In this document: positions 1 through 8,253 of the stretch, one piece after another | Layout: each line of letters opens with the position of its first letter | Numbering within the stretch: the stretch's first letter is position 1 | Source: a virus | Reading direction: 5' to 3' (one strand) | Length of the DNA: 64,000 nt | Virus record (IMG/VR): IMGVR_UViG_3300013132_000039 | Span: 1-64,000 of that record | The notes under the pieces: model-generated | The model's input: the letters and a program-made list of their open reading frames with translations, nothing else | Databases searched by the model: none | Told to the model about the DNA's origin: nothing | Made by a program: the position numbers and the translations under genes

Positions 1-363
1 AATTTAACCAACAATAGAAAATACATAGGCAAAAAATTAGCCAAGTTCGCCAAGACCACTGTTCGTGTAGTCAAATTAAAAAATGGTAACAAGCGAAAGA
101 AACGCATCAGAGGCAAGGTAGAAAGTGATTGGAAGGACTATTATGGATCCAACGATCAACTACAGGCAGACGTAGCACAGCTAGGCACAGATAAATTTCG
201 TAGAGACATACTTTATTTTTGTAAAACCAAGGCAGAGTGTAGTTATATTGAGGCAAGAGAGCAATTCTCCAGGCGTGTATTAGAATCAGACGACTACTAT
301 AACGGACACATTCAGGTCCGTGTTCATGGCTCACACATCAAAGGCAAACAATTAAACGGTTAA
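1..363 (+). CDS. Small GIY-YIG family endonuclease (Seg-like), 5'-truncated by the window edge
   Basis: Not in the ORF track. Frame 1 reads NLTNNRKYIGKK...ESDWKDYYGS...FRRDILYFC...SYIEAREQF...YYNGHI to TAA at 361-363. The YIG motif, a conserved Glu helix and YN are typical of GIY-YIG domains. Confidence 0.8.
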   Translation, partial: NLTNNRKYIGKKLAKFAKTTVRVVKLKNGNKRKKRIRGKVESDWKDYYGSNDQLQADVAQLGTDKFRRDILYFCKTKAECSYIEAREQFSRRVLESDDYYNGHIQVRVHGSHIKGKQLNG

Positions 364-780
364 AAGCTAGCGCAGGCTAATTTCGTGCGCCCTAGACCTG
401 GACAATCGTATCACAGGGATGGAATCTTGCCGCCGTAGCAAGAACTCAACCACTACCTCTCGGAGATGAAGACAGTTTAAGACCTACTGTTTGGTTGTTT
501 GAAAAGGATTAAAAGGCCAAAAGAAGGGTAATTCCCTAACGGACATATGCTTGATAGCATAGGTGTATGCTCCTGCCGTCGTGATAAAAACGCTGCTCGT
601 GGTACCGGACGACCGCCACTGTAACGCAGTAATGCTATGTGACTCGAGTACTCGGATAATGCGGAGTCGAATTTTGCCCTTAACGGGCAAAATGTGACTG
701 TCATATCTGGATAATATTAAATCACTTCGTGAAGAAATACGTTCGAGCGCAAGCGAAGAACAGTTGAACTACGTTCAACT
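364..780 (+). ncRNA. Candidate large structured non-coding element (ncRNA and/or replication origin)
   Basis: About 46% GC by hand count over 361-780, against very AT-rich intergenic DNA elsewhere. No credible ORF. More than 10 consecutive stems, e.g. 425-430/438-443, 447-452/492-497, 472-476/486-490, 599-602/616-619, 671-679/685-693, 762-769/773-780. Confidence 0.6.
637..715 (+). repeat. Two copies of the bipartite motif ATGTGACT-N9-GGATAAT flanking a 9-bp hairpin
   Basis: 637-660 is ATGTGACT cgagtactc GGATAAT; 692-715 is ATGTGACT gtcatatct GGATAAT; hairpin 671-693 lies between them. Confidence 0.85.
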
Positions 781-784
781 CTAA

Positions 785-790
785 TAAATA
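785..790 (+). promoter_or_regulatory. T4-type late promoter core (TAAATA)
   Basis: AATAAATA, 7 nt before ATG 798, no Shine-Dalgarno. Confidence 0.65.
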
Positions 791-797
791 TACAACT

Positions 798-1766
798 ATG
801 AAAGTTTATGAAGTAACTTCTGAAGCAATTAAATTTAAAAATCCTTTTAAGAAAACTCCAGCACCTCCTAGGGTTGAACCGACTTTATCAAAGACTAATT
901 CTATTGGAGATATATCTGCTGCTAAGGATTGGTATAATAATTTAGGAAAAAATAAACCTCAGGTTGACAGTGGCATAAAAGATCAACGAGGTCGTCCTAT
1001 CATGCGTGATATGACTGATGACGAACTAGTTGATGCTTATAAAAAGAGCCCTGAATATCAAAAAACTCAACCTAATGCAAAGGACGCTACTCAAGCTGCT
1101 CCCACTGGTCAAATCAAAGGAACACCTAAAACAGCTAATGATTTGCCGAAAGATAGTTTTCTTCATAAATGGATGTTTGGTCCTATTACTAAATTTTTAG
1201 GTTATGTTGCTGGATCGTTATTATGGACAGCATTGTTAGCTTATGGTGTATTAAATGACTTTTTTAGATATAGCAATAGTGTAGGCGCTATAAAATCAAA
1301 TTCTAATTTATCAGATATTGATAAAGAGCGTGCCATATATCAAGCAAGAGGTCAGCTAGTTGCTAGTATTCCTGGATCTATAGCTTCGGCAGGTTTGGCA
1401 AGAGCAGTTCCGATGTTAATAGGATTTTTACTTATTGCCAAAGCTCCTCAGAGAGCTCAATCTGTATTACAATTAGTTAATTATTGGACAGGTCCTGGTG
1501 CCTATATCTTGCAACAAAGAATTGGAGAGAATACACAGGTGTACACAGACTTTTCACAAAAAGCCTTAGAATGGATATCTGAAAAACTTTGGATGGAAGA
1601 AGGCCAGGGAGAAAATTTTACCACACTAGGACATTTATTCTCTTTAAACTTTTTAGCTAATGTGGTTTTCTTAGCAGCAGAAGGAGAACCCATTGAAGTA
1701 TCGCTATGGGTTAAAGCGACAGGAGATCAAACTAAAGCTAAAACTGCTGGCCAACGCGGCGTTTAA
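798..1766 (+). CDS. Hypothetical membrane-associated protein, possible capsid-internal (ejected) protein
   Basis: 322 aa. N-terminus MKVYEVTSE resembles a capsid-targeting sequence. Hydrophobic segments FLGYVAGSLLWTALLAYGVL, AVPMLIGFLLIA and LFSLNFLANVVFLAA. Confidence 0.6.
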   Translation: MKVYEVTSEAIKFKNPFKKTPAPPRVEPTLSKTNSIGDISAAKDWYNNLGKNKPQVDSGIKDQRGRPIMRDMTDDELVDAYKKSPEYQKTQPNAKDATQAAPTGQIKGTPKTANDLPKDSFLHKWMFGPITKFLGYVAGSLLWTALLAYGVLNDFFRYSNSVGAIKSNSNLSDIDKERAIYQARGQLVASIPGSIASAGLARAVPMLIGFLLIAKAPQRAQSVLQLVNYWTGPGAYILQQRIGENTQVYTDFSQKALEWISEKLWMEEGQGENFTTLGHLFSLNFLANVVFLAAEGEPIEVSLWVKATGDQTKAKTAGQRGV

Positions 1767-2002
1767 ATTAGATTTAATCCAGTTTTCTTTGTAGCTTCTA
1801 TATTGTCTTTAATAATACCGTTGATGATTGCACGGTCTTCATATCCATAAACATGAAACAATTCTTGAGAAGTTACACCTCCTCGCATATACCAACTTAA
1901 TCTATAAATTTCATCTTTAATTTCTTTGGCTTCCAAATCTAATCTTTCAACTAGCTGTTTAGTTTGTTCTATATCTAGTTTTAGAAGCCTTACGCGAAAA
2001 AA
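1763..2002 (-). CDS. gp51-like/tail-chaperone extension ORF, probably reached by a -1 frameshift from gp26
   Basis: 79-codon open frame FFRVRLLKLDIEQTKQLVERLDLEAKEIKDEIYRLSWYMRGGVTSQELF...TKKTGLNLI. It opens exactly at the slippery heptamer T TTT TTC (2002-1996). The only ATG is internal at 1888. Confidence 0.7.
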   Translation of the reverse strand, partial: FFRVRLLKLDIEQTKQLVERLDLEAKEIKDEIYRLSWYMRGGVTSQELFHVYGYEDRAIINGIIKDNIEATKKTGLNLI

Positions 2003-2811
2003 TTACTTTGATCTAAAGTTAATTGTATTTTATCTTCGGTATTACAGTTTCCACATTTAACATCGTGTTTTGGCATCGACCAAGCATCTTTATTATCTTC
2101 TAATTTTTGTTTTATCAAACCGTAAATAGACCTTTCACAGTTTCTTAAAAAGTCTTCGATGAATTCTTTATTTGTCACTTGAATATCAGTCTGAATACTT
2201 TCGATTGTAGTTAAAAATAGTTGAAGTTGTAGTGTGCTAAGATCTTGGTAAATCTTATCTATCGTTCGTTGTCGCTCTTCATCTTTTAAATCAGTAGTTT
2301 GGTATAACATTTTTTGCAATTTAAAATTTTCTATAGCAAAATAGTTCATCTCTTCGTATTGCAAAGGGCGTATTTTTATCGATAAATTTTCATTGACCTG
2401 TATAGTATTAACATATTTCAAGTCTTTAAAATAGTCGATTACACCACTTAGGTCTACATCATAGTCGTTTTCAGTTCCACAATTTTTACAGGTATGACTT
2501 AGTGTAATGGTGTTACCGAAAGTAGAGATTCTTATAGCTACTAATAAAGTATCTAGATCAATACTGGGCATAAGCTTGGCATTTTTTATAGTAGGGCAAC
2601 AGCTTTCTATTACTTTGGCTGTAGCTTCTCCACTAAACAAGGCATCAGGTGTTTTACTAATAATCTCGTCCATACCTGTCATTGCAAACACAGGAACGTT
2701 TTCATAACTGCCATTTAACGATCCAGGCTCATAATACAGCCCTCGGCTAGGCAAGGTAATATAAATTTTTGGTTGCCTAAAAAATTTCATTAATGGATTG
2801 TTTTGATTCAT
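1990..2811 (-). CDS. gp26: Baseplate hub assembly chaperone, T4 gp26-like
   Basis: RQPKIYITLPSRG N-terminus, MTGMDEI, DLDTLLVAIRIST, two CxxC zinc knuckles (CKNC, CGNC) and a C-terminal NFF, all typical of T4-like gp26. Confidence 0.8.
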   Translation of the reverse strand: MNQNNPLMKFFRQPKIYITLPSRGLYYEPGSLNGSYENVPVFAMTGMDEIISKTPDALFSGEATAKVIESCCPTIKNAKLMPSIDLDTLLVAIRISTFGNTITLSHTCKNCGTENDYDVDLSGVIDYFKDLKYVNTIQVNENLSIKIRPLQYEEMNYFAIENFKLQKMLYQTTDLKDEERQRTIDKIYQDLSTLQLQLFLTTIESIQTDIQVTNKEFIEDFLRNCERSIYGLIKQKLEDNKDAWSMPKHDVKCGNCNTEDKIQLTLDQSNFFA

Positions 2812-2820
2812 ATTTCATCC

Positions 2821-2854
2821 GATAAATATAATATAGGTATTTATATACGCAGTT
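2821..2854. promoter_or_regulatory. Face-to-face late promoters for gp26 (-) and the tape-measure-like gene (+)
   Basis: GATAAATA at 2821-2828 on +; TATAAATA at 2845-2838 on -; adjacent 12-mer AACTGCGTATAT on - at 2854-2843. Confidence 0.6.
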
Positions 2855-2869
2855 TTTCCTGGAAAAAAT

Positions 2870-5800
2870 ATGTCTAAAGTCGTTGATGCTGATATAGAAG
2901 ATCTCGCCCGTGCTATTGCCAAGGCAATAGGTCGTAGCGGTGGAGGTGGACCAGCTGTTGACTACAGTAAAATTGGAGGGCCTGATCTAGCTTCTAAAAT
3001 AGAAGGCTCTATTACCAATCCTTTGATGGCTGGACTATCAAAAATTCCAGGAGCAGGTAATGAAGTTGTAGCCAGCTTAAAACAAAGCCAAAGCGCATTT
3101 ATGGATCTCAGCAAGGTGGGTGCTGGGTTCAGGGGAGATCTACTGGGTTTAAGTATTGCAGCAGCTAATAGTCGTATGACTATAAGCGAGTTTGCAGATG
3201 TTATAAAAAGAAACAGCGAATCATTGGTAGGTCTTGGGGGCAGCGTTACAAGGGGTGCTGAAGCATTTGCTACTCTTAGTAAAGAATTTCATGATAGTCC
3301 AGCAGCAGATAGCTTAAAATTATTAGGATATACCAGCAAAGATTTAAATGAAGTCCTAATGGTTCAAATGGGTTCGATGCGTTATACCCAAAAAATGGAC
3401 GAAGCTGGCAAGAAACAGGCTGTAGAATCTGCTACTAAGTTAGCAGAACAAATGGATGAAATGGCTCGATTAACTGGCAAGAGTCGAGAAGAACAAGCTG
3501 CTCAGATGAAAAAGGCTCAAGAAGATGCTCAAATAGAAGCTAAGATGAAACTTATAGGGCTTAAAGAAGGTCCTGAAGCAGAAGCTAAAGCTAGAGCATT
3601 GTTTACGCAACAGTACAATGAAGCCCAGTTGCGCGGCCAAGGTCAAATGTTTAAAGAAGTATTTGCTACCGGGCAGATAATGAGCAGAGAAGCTGCTACT
3701 CAAGCTGCGTTAAACAGTCAACAGGCAGCAGCAACAAGAGACAGTGCTCTTGCTACAGCTAAAGGTAATGAGTCGGCAGCATTAGCGGCCAATGAACGAG
3801 CAAGAAAAGCTGCTTATGACGACAGCAAAGATCCAGCAAAATTACAAATGATAGCACTGGGTTCAGCAGGAGGAGAAGCTAGTAAGGCGTTAGGCGATAA
3901 TATGATGGCTAATCGTGGAGTCACTGATGCTTTAAAACGATTAGAACTTGAATCCGGCGGAACAGCAACTAATTTTGCAGAGCTGAATAAACGATTAAAA
4001 GAAAATTTAGAACAAGAAAAAGCTGGCAAAGACAATAATAATAAACAGGTTAATGAAATAGCTAAAACAAATATATTATTTGAAGCTAGAATGAAAGATG
4101 CAGCAGCAGGTATGAATGAATATTTGCTAAAGCCATTATACAAGTTAGGTCCAGGAATAGATCAGTTTGCAAAATATCTACAAGACGCACAAAAAGATTT
4201 TGGAGGATCAGGCAAAGGTATACGACCTGCAATAGCAGAAACAGCATCTGGTAAGGGCAAGTCAGACGATTCTGCTGAAGGAATGTTCCTCGGCGCTCTA
4301 AGGAGTGCTAGTAAAGAGCTTAATGAAGCATCAAAAGCAGCAGGAATAGCAATAGGTGGCATAGCTAAAGAAATGGGAAATGTTGCCAAAACTAATTTTG
4401 AATCATTGGCTAAACTAGGTGAATGGTCAAAAGAATTTCGTAAAGATTTAGATGAAACTTTAGGAAAATGGAAAACAGATGCAGGCAAGCAAACTCCACC
4501 AACTCCTCCGGAAAAAACTGGTCCTACTATAAAAAGAAATACAGGCAGTATTGGAATGTCTGGTAAAATGTTCGAGGATTGGGGAGAAGGAACATTAGTA
4601 GAATTACACGGTATAGAAGGCGTACTTACTCAAGAGCAAATGATAAAATTAGCTAAAGGTATGGGCAGCGAAGGAGCTGCCAAAGCTTTTGGTGGTTTAA
4701 AAGGACAATTAGATAAAGTTAAGGATTCAGGACAGATTGACTTATCCAAGATCAGTAAGGACATTAGTACTTCAGTTTCAGGACAAACTGTTAAAACAGA
4801 ACCCAAAGTAGAAGTTAAACCTTCTACTGCACCTAGCAAAGTGGAAGTTATAAACTGGCCTAAAGAACTAGGAAAAATAGCTGAAGCAGCAACTACTAAA
4901 CCTTCGGAGCCAGCTAAAAAAGAAGAAGCTAAAGCAACTGAACCTAAACCAGCCACTCAGGCTAGTGTTAGAGCAGTTGACAATAAAATTGAAAATGAAC
5001 CTAAACCAGCCACTCAGGCCAGTGTTAGAGCAGTTGATAACGCTTTGGAAATTCCTAAACCAGATTGGAAATCAGCTGCTGGAGAGTTTGGCGAAGAAAT
5101 GAAACTACCTTTTGGTAGTATGATGGATGAATTCGGCAGCAATTTTGATAAGGTTATATCAGATGTAAATCAAAGCCTAGGTGATGTTAACATAGATCAA
5201 TTCTCAGTTAATTTAGAATCAATTAATAAAGACCTGATAGATGCATTACCTGTTATTGAAGTTAGTAAGCAGCAAGAGGAATTCAAGAGTAAGTTTACAG
5301 AAGATCAGAAGAAATTCATAGGTGATTTTCAAGGAATGAGTAAAGAGAACCAAGAATTTACAACATTTGCCTTGAAAAGACAACAAGACATTGATTCGGA
5401 GATTATACAAAAACATAATAATATTGTTAACGATTTACAAAAAGCAAAAAATGAACGCGAGCTTACTGAGGAAGAAGAACATCAACTTAGTGAAAGTCAA
5501 CTAATAGAAACAAGGTACAAAGAACAGGTTGCTCAACGTCAAGAGCAGCTTGATATGATAAAGAATATAGATAGTCTAGCCGATGAATTAGAACTAGAAA
5601 GACTTGATCAACAAGCACGTAAAGAACTAGAACTTATGAAAGGCGCTAATGAAGAACGTCTTGACGCTAATCATTTAGCAATGTTAGAAGCCAATCAAAT
5701 GTTTGATATGCTTCCAGACTACGTGACTGAAGCTAAAGATGCAATGATGCTAGAAATGAATGACATCAAAGGCGATATAGAAGATGTGATGTCAGGAATC

Positions 5801-6520
5801 GAGTTTGAACCGATAGAAATAAGTGATCTAGTATCAGAAAATGATACAGACTATATTTCATCTGCTATTAAAGATGCACTGCCTTTTGACGAAATGGGTG
5901 GTGTCGACGAAGCAACGAAACAACAAGAAGATATGAACTTGTTTGCTGACGATATGCGAGCAGGTATCACAGAAGTGTCTAATGATATACAGGACAATCT
6001 AGGATCTATGATCGATGATGCAGCATTTGCAGCAGGTCCTGGTGATGCTAGTGTGGCTGGTATGGATTTTGCATCAGGTCCCGGAGATGCCAGTGTGGCT
6101 GGTATAGATTATGCTGCTCCTGAACCAGTTAAACAAGCTCTCGATAGTACTAATCCATTTTTTAATGACAAAGGTGAAGTAGACTTAAACAGCATTAATC
6201 TGCCTGGAATGAAAAAATTCGGTGCGGATTTAAAATCACAGACTGCTGCTGCTGGTAAAAAAGACGAAAATCAGAGTGATGCTGAAACTGCTAGATTACA
6301 GAGACAAGCAGAGAAAAAAGAAACATCCAGTACAGAAACTAAAACTGAATCTAAAACAGCAGCGGCTACTACCAAAGACTCTACCTTAAATGATGTAGTC
6401 AAGCAGCTAAGTTCATTAAATAAATCTATAAGAGACTTAATTGACCAAAATGGTAAGCTACTAGGCGACCAAATTCGTGCAACTAAATCTAATAACAAAA
6501 ATAATTTTGTAGGCGCTTAA
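2870..6520 (+). CDS. Tape-measure/baseplate hub protein (gp29-like)
   Basis: 1216 aa, Ala/Glu/Lys-rich helical coiled coil, with the motif GTLVELHGIEGVLT typical of tape-measure proteins. Adjacent to gp26. Confidence 0.65.
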   Translation: MSKVVDADIEDLARAIAKAIGRSGGGGPAVDYSKIGGPDLASKIEGSITNPLMAGLSKIPGAGNEVVASLKQSQSAFMDLSKVGAGFRGDLLGLSIAAANSRMTISEFADVIKRNSESLVGLGGSVTRGAEAFATLSKEFHDSPAADSLKLLGYTSKDLNEVLMVQMGSMRYTQKMDEAGKKQAVESATKLAEQMDEMARLTGKSREEQAAQMKKAQEDAQIEAKMKLIGLKEGPEAEAKARALFTQQYNEAQLRGQGQMFKEVFATGQIMSREAATQAALNSQQAAATRDSALATAKGNESAALAANERARKAAYDDSKDPAKLQMIALGSAGGEASKALGDNMMANRGVTDALKRLELESGGTATNFAELNKRLKENLEQEKAGKDNNNKQVNEIAKTNILFEARMKDAAAGMNEYLLKPLYKLGPGIDQFAKYLQDAQKDFGGSGKGIRPAIAETASGKGKSDDSAEGMFLGALRSASKELNEASKAAGIAIGGIAKEMGNVAKTNFESLAKLGEWSKEFRKDLDETLGKWKTDAGKQTPPTPPEKTGPTIKRNTGSIGMSGKMFEDWGEGTLVELHGIEGVLTQEQMIKLAKGMGSEGAAKAFGGLKGQLDKVKDSGQIDLSKISKDISTSVSGQTVKTEPKVEVKPSTAPSKVEVINWPKELGKIAEAATTKPSEPAKKEEAKATEPKPATQASVRAVDNKIENEPKPATQASVRAVDNALEIPKPDWKSAAGEFGEEMKLPFGSMMDEFGSNFDKVISDVNQSLGDVNIDQFSVNLESINKDLIDALPVIEVSKQQEEFKSKFTEDQKKFIGDFQGMSKENQEFTTFALKRQQDIDSEIIQKHNNIVNDLQKAKNERELTEEEEHQLSESQLIETRYKEQVAQRQEQLDMIKNIDSLADELELERLDQQARKELELMKGANEERLDANHLAMLEANQMFDMLPDYVTEAKDAMMLEMNDIKGDIEDVMSGIEFEPIEISDLVSENDTDYISSAIKDALPFDEMGGVDEATKQQEDMNLFADDMRAGITEVSNDIQDNLGSMIDDAAFAAGPGDASVAGMDFASGPGDASVAGIDYAAPEPVKQALDSTNPFFNDKGEVDLNSINLPGMKKFGADLKSQTAAAGKKDENQSDAETARLQRQAEKKETSSTETKTESKTAAATTKDSTLNDVVKQLSSLNKSIRDLIDQNGKLLGDQIRATKSNNKNNFVGA
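4939..5037 (+). repeat. Intragenic direct repeat, 42 nt x2 at 57-nt period (EPKPATQASVRAVDN)
   Basis: 4939-4980 and 4996-5037 differ by one base. Confidence 0.9.
6026..6109 (+). repeat. Intragenic tandem repeat, 42-nt period (FAxGPGDASVAGxD x2)
   Basis: Seen in both DNA and protein. Confidence 0.85.
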
Positions 6521-6522
6521 TA

Positions 6523-8250
6523 ATGAGTTGGAAAAAATACTTTACCCCGGTGACTGTGGAAAATACTCCTGGAACATATAGTCCTTTAGGGTCAAATGCT
6601 GCCAAGCCTGGACCTGCTAGAGCCAACTATAGTAGCTATCTTCCGGATGTATATACTGGTGCGCCTAATAGAATTGATAGATATCTGCAATATGACACTA
6701 TGGATATGGACAGTGAAGTTAATGCTGCCCTAGATATTCTTGCAGAATTTTGTACACAACCTAGTGAAAATAATAATACACCTTTTAGATTAACATTTAA
6801 AACTCAGGCAACTGGAAGTGAAATACGAATTTTACGAGAATACCTACAACAATGGACTAAACTTAATAAATTCGATACTAGAGTATTTAGAATAATAAGA
6901 AATGTTTTTAAGTACGGAGATGGATTTTTTGTTAGAGATCCTGAAACAAAACAATGGTTTCATGTCGATCCTGGTAAAATTACAAAGATAATTGTAAATG
7001 AAAGTGAAGGTAAAAAACCTGAACAGTATGTGATTAGGGACTTAAATCCTAATTTTATGAACTTAGTGGTCACAACAATTAATCCTAATACAGTGAATAC
7101 TAATAATCGTGGCACAGCCTATGTAGCAGGTGGCGCTGCTGCCAGAGGACAAGCCAGTGCTTATCCAGTAAGTCCTGGAACAAGATTTCAAAACAATCAA
7201 AATGAAGTTGCAATTGAGGCAAAACACGTTGTACATCTTAGCCTTAGCGAAGGATTAGATAACAACTATCCATTTGGAAACAGTTTACTAGAACAGATTT
7301 TTAAAGTATATAAACAAAAAGAATTGTTAGAAGATGCTATTATTATCTATCGTGTTCAACGTGCTCCTGAACGACGTGTGTTTTATATCGATGTAGGAAA
7401 TATGCCTAGCCACTTAGCAATGAGTTTTGTGGAACGTGTTAAAAACGAAATAAATCAACGTCGTATTCCTAGTGTCACAGGCGGTGGAACAAATGTTGTA
7501 GACAGCGCATACAATCCATTAAGCATAGGCGAAGATTATTTTTTCCCACAAACAGCAGAAGGTAGAGGCAGTAAAGTAGATACATTAGCAGGAGGAACTA
7601 ATCTTGGTGAAATAGACGATCTAAAATATTTTACTAATAAATTATTTAGAGGACTAAGAATTCCTAGCAGCTACTTACCTACCGGAGCCGATGATAGCCA
7701 AGCTAGTTATAATGATGGAAGAGTTGGCACAGCTTATATCCAAGAGCTTAGGTTCAACAAATACTGTGAACGTTTACAAAACTTATTAGAAGAAATATTT
7801 GATCAAGAATTTAAATTATATCTTCACGATAAAGGGCTTAATATAGATTCAGCTTTGTTTGAATTGCAATTAAATCCGCCATTAAATTTTGCAGCCTATA
7901 GACAGAGTGAAATGGATGGACAACGTATTAATACCTTTAACACTGTACAAGCAGTTCCTTTTATTAGTAAACGCTTTGCACTTAAGAGATTTTTAGGATT
8001 AACTGACGAAGAGATAGCTGAAAACGAGCGCCAATGGGCTGAAGAAAATGGTAAATCAGAGCCAACTCCAACAGATCCAACTGGCGAAATGCGTAGTGCA
8101 GGCATTAGTCAAGCAGGCATAGAAAGTGATCTTAATGACCTGTCTGATGAAAATGCACCACCTGAGGTAGGTGCTGCTCCAGGGGAAATAGCTCCAGCAG
8201 GTGCTGCTCCAGCTGCTCCAACGGGTGCTCCTGCGGCTCCTACGGTATAA
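6523..8250 (+). CDS. gp20: Portal vertex protein
   Basis: Hallmark T4 gp20 motifs LLEDAIIIYRVQRAPERRVFYIDVGNMP, EDYFFP, GTNLGEIDDLKYF and LRIPSSYL. Confidence 0.97.
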   Translation: MSWKKYFTPVTVENTPGTYSPLGSNAAKPGPARANYSSYLPDVYTGAPNRIDRYLQYDTMDMDSEVNAALDILAEFCTQPSENNNTPFRLTFKTQATGSEIRILREYLQQWTKLNKFDTRVFRIIRNVFKYGDGFFVRDPETKQWFHVDPGKITKIIVNESEGKKPEQYVIRDLNPNFMNLVVTTINPNTVNTNNRGTAYVAGGAAARGQASAYPVSPGTRFQNNQNEVAIEAKHVVHLSLSEGLDNNYPFGNSLLEQIFKVYKQKELLEDAIIIYRVQRAPERRVFYIDVGNMPSHLAMSFVERVKNEINQRRIPSVTGGGTNVVDSAYNPLSIGEDYFFPQTAEGRGSKVDTLAGGTNLGEIDDLKYFTNKLFRGLRIPSSYLPTGADDSQASYNDGRVGTAYIQELRFNKYCERLQNLLEEIFDQEFKLYLHDKGLNIDSALFELQLNPPLNFAAYRQSEMDGQRINTFNTVQAVPFISKRFALKRFLGLTDEEIAENERQWAEENGKSEPTPTDPTGEMRSAGISQAGIESDLNDLSDENAPPEVGAAPGEIAPAGAAPAAPTGAPAAPTV

Positions 8251-8253
8251 ATA
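8246..8253 (+). promoter_or_regulatory. T4-type late promoter TATAAATA
   Basis: Perfect consensus, 5 nt upstream of ATG 8259. Confidence 0.75.

Noticed and set aside
107-704. Minus-strand ORFs 107-334, 477-704 and 484-690
   Set aside because: Antisense to the GIY-YIG gene or inside the structured element; no RBS, atypical composition.
637-715. CRISPR or bona fide TIGR array
   Set aside because: Only two units, and no cas or Nop-domain gene in the window; kept only as an unexplained repeat.
385-780. Group II intron (GTGCGCCC at 385 resembles a 5' splice end) or group I intron associated with the GIY-YIG gene
   Set aside because: No domain V (AGC/CGC triad hairpin) and no group I P7 core recognised, no interrupted host gene, no RT.
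364-780. RNase P RNA, tmRNA or tRNA cluster
   Set aside because: Lacks GAGGAAAGUCC, tRNA-like ends, a TTCGA T-loop in cloverleaf context and a CCA end.
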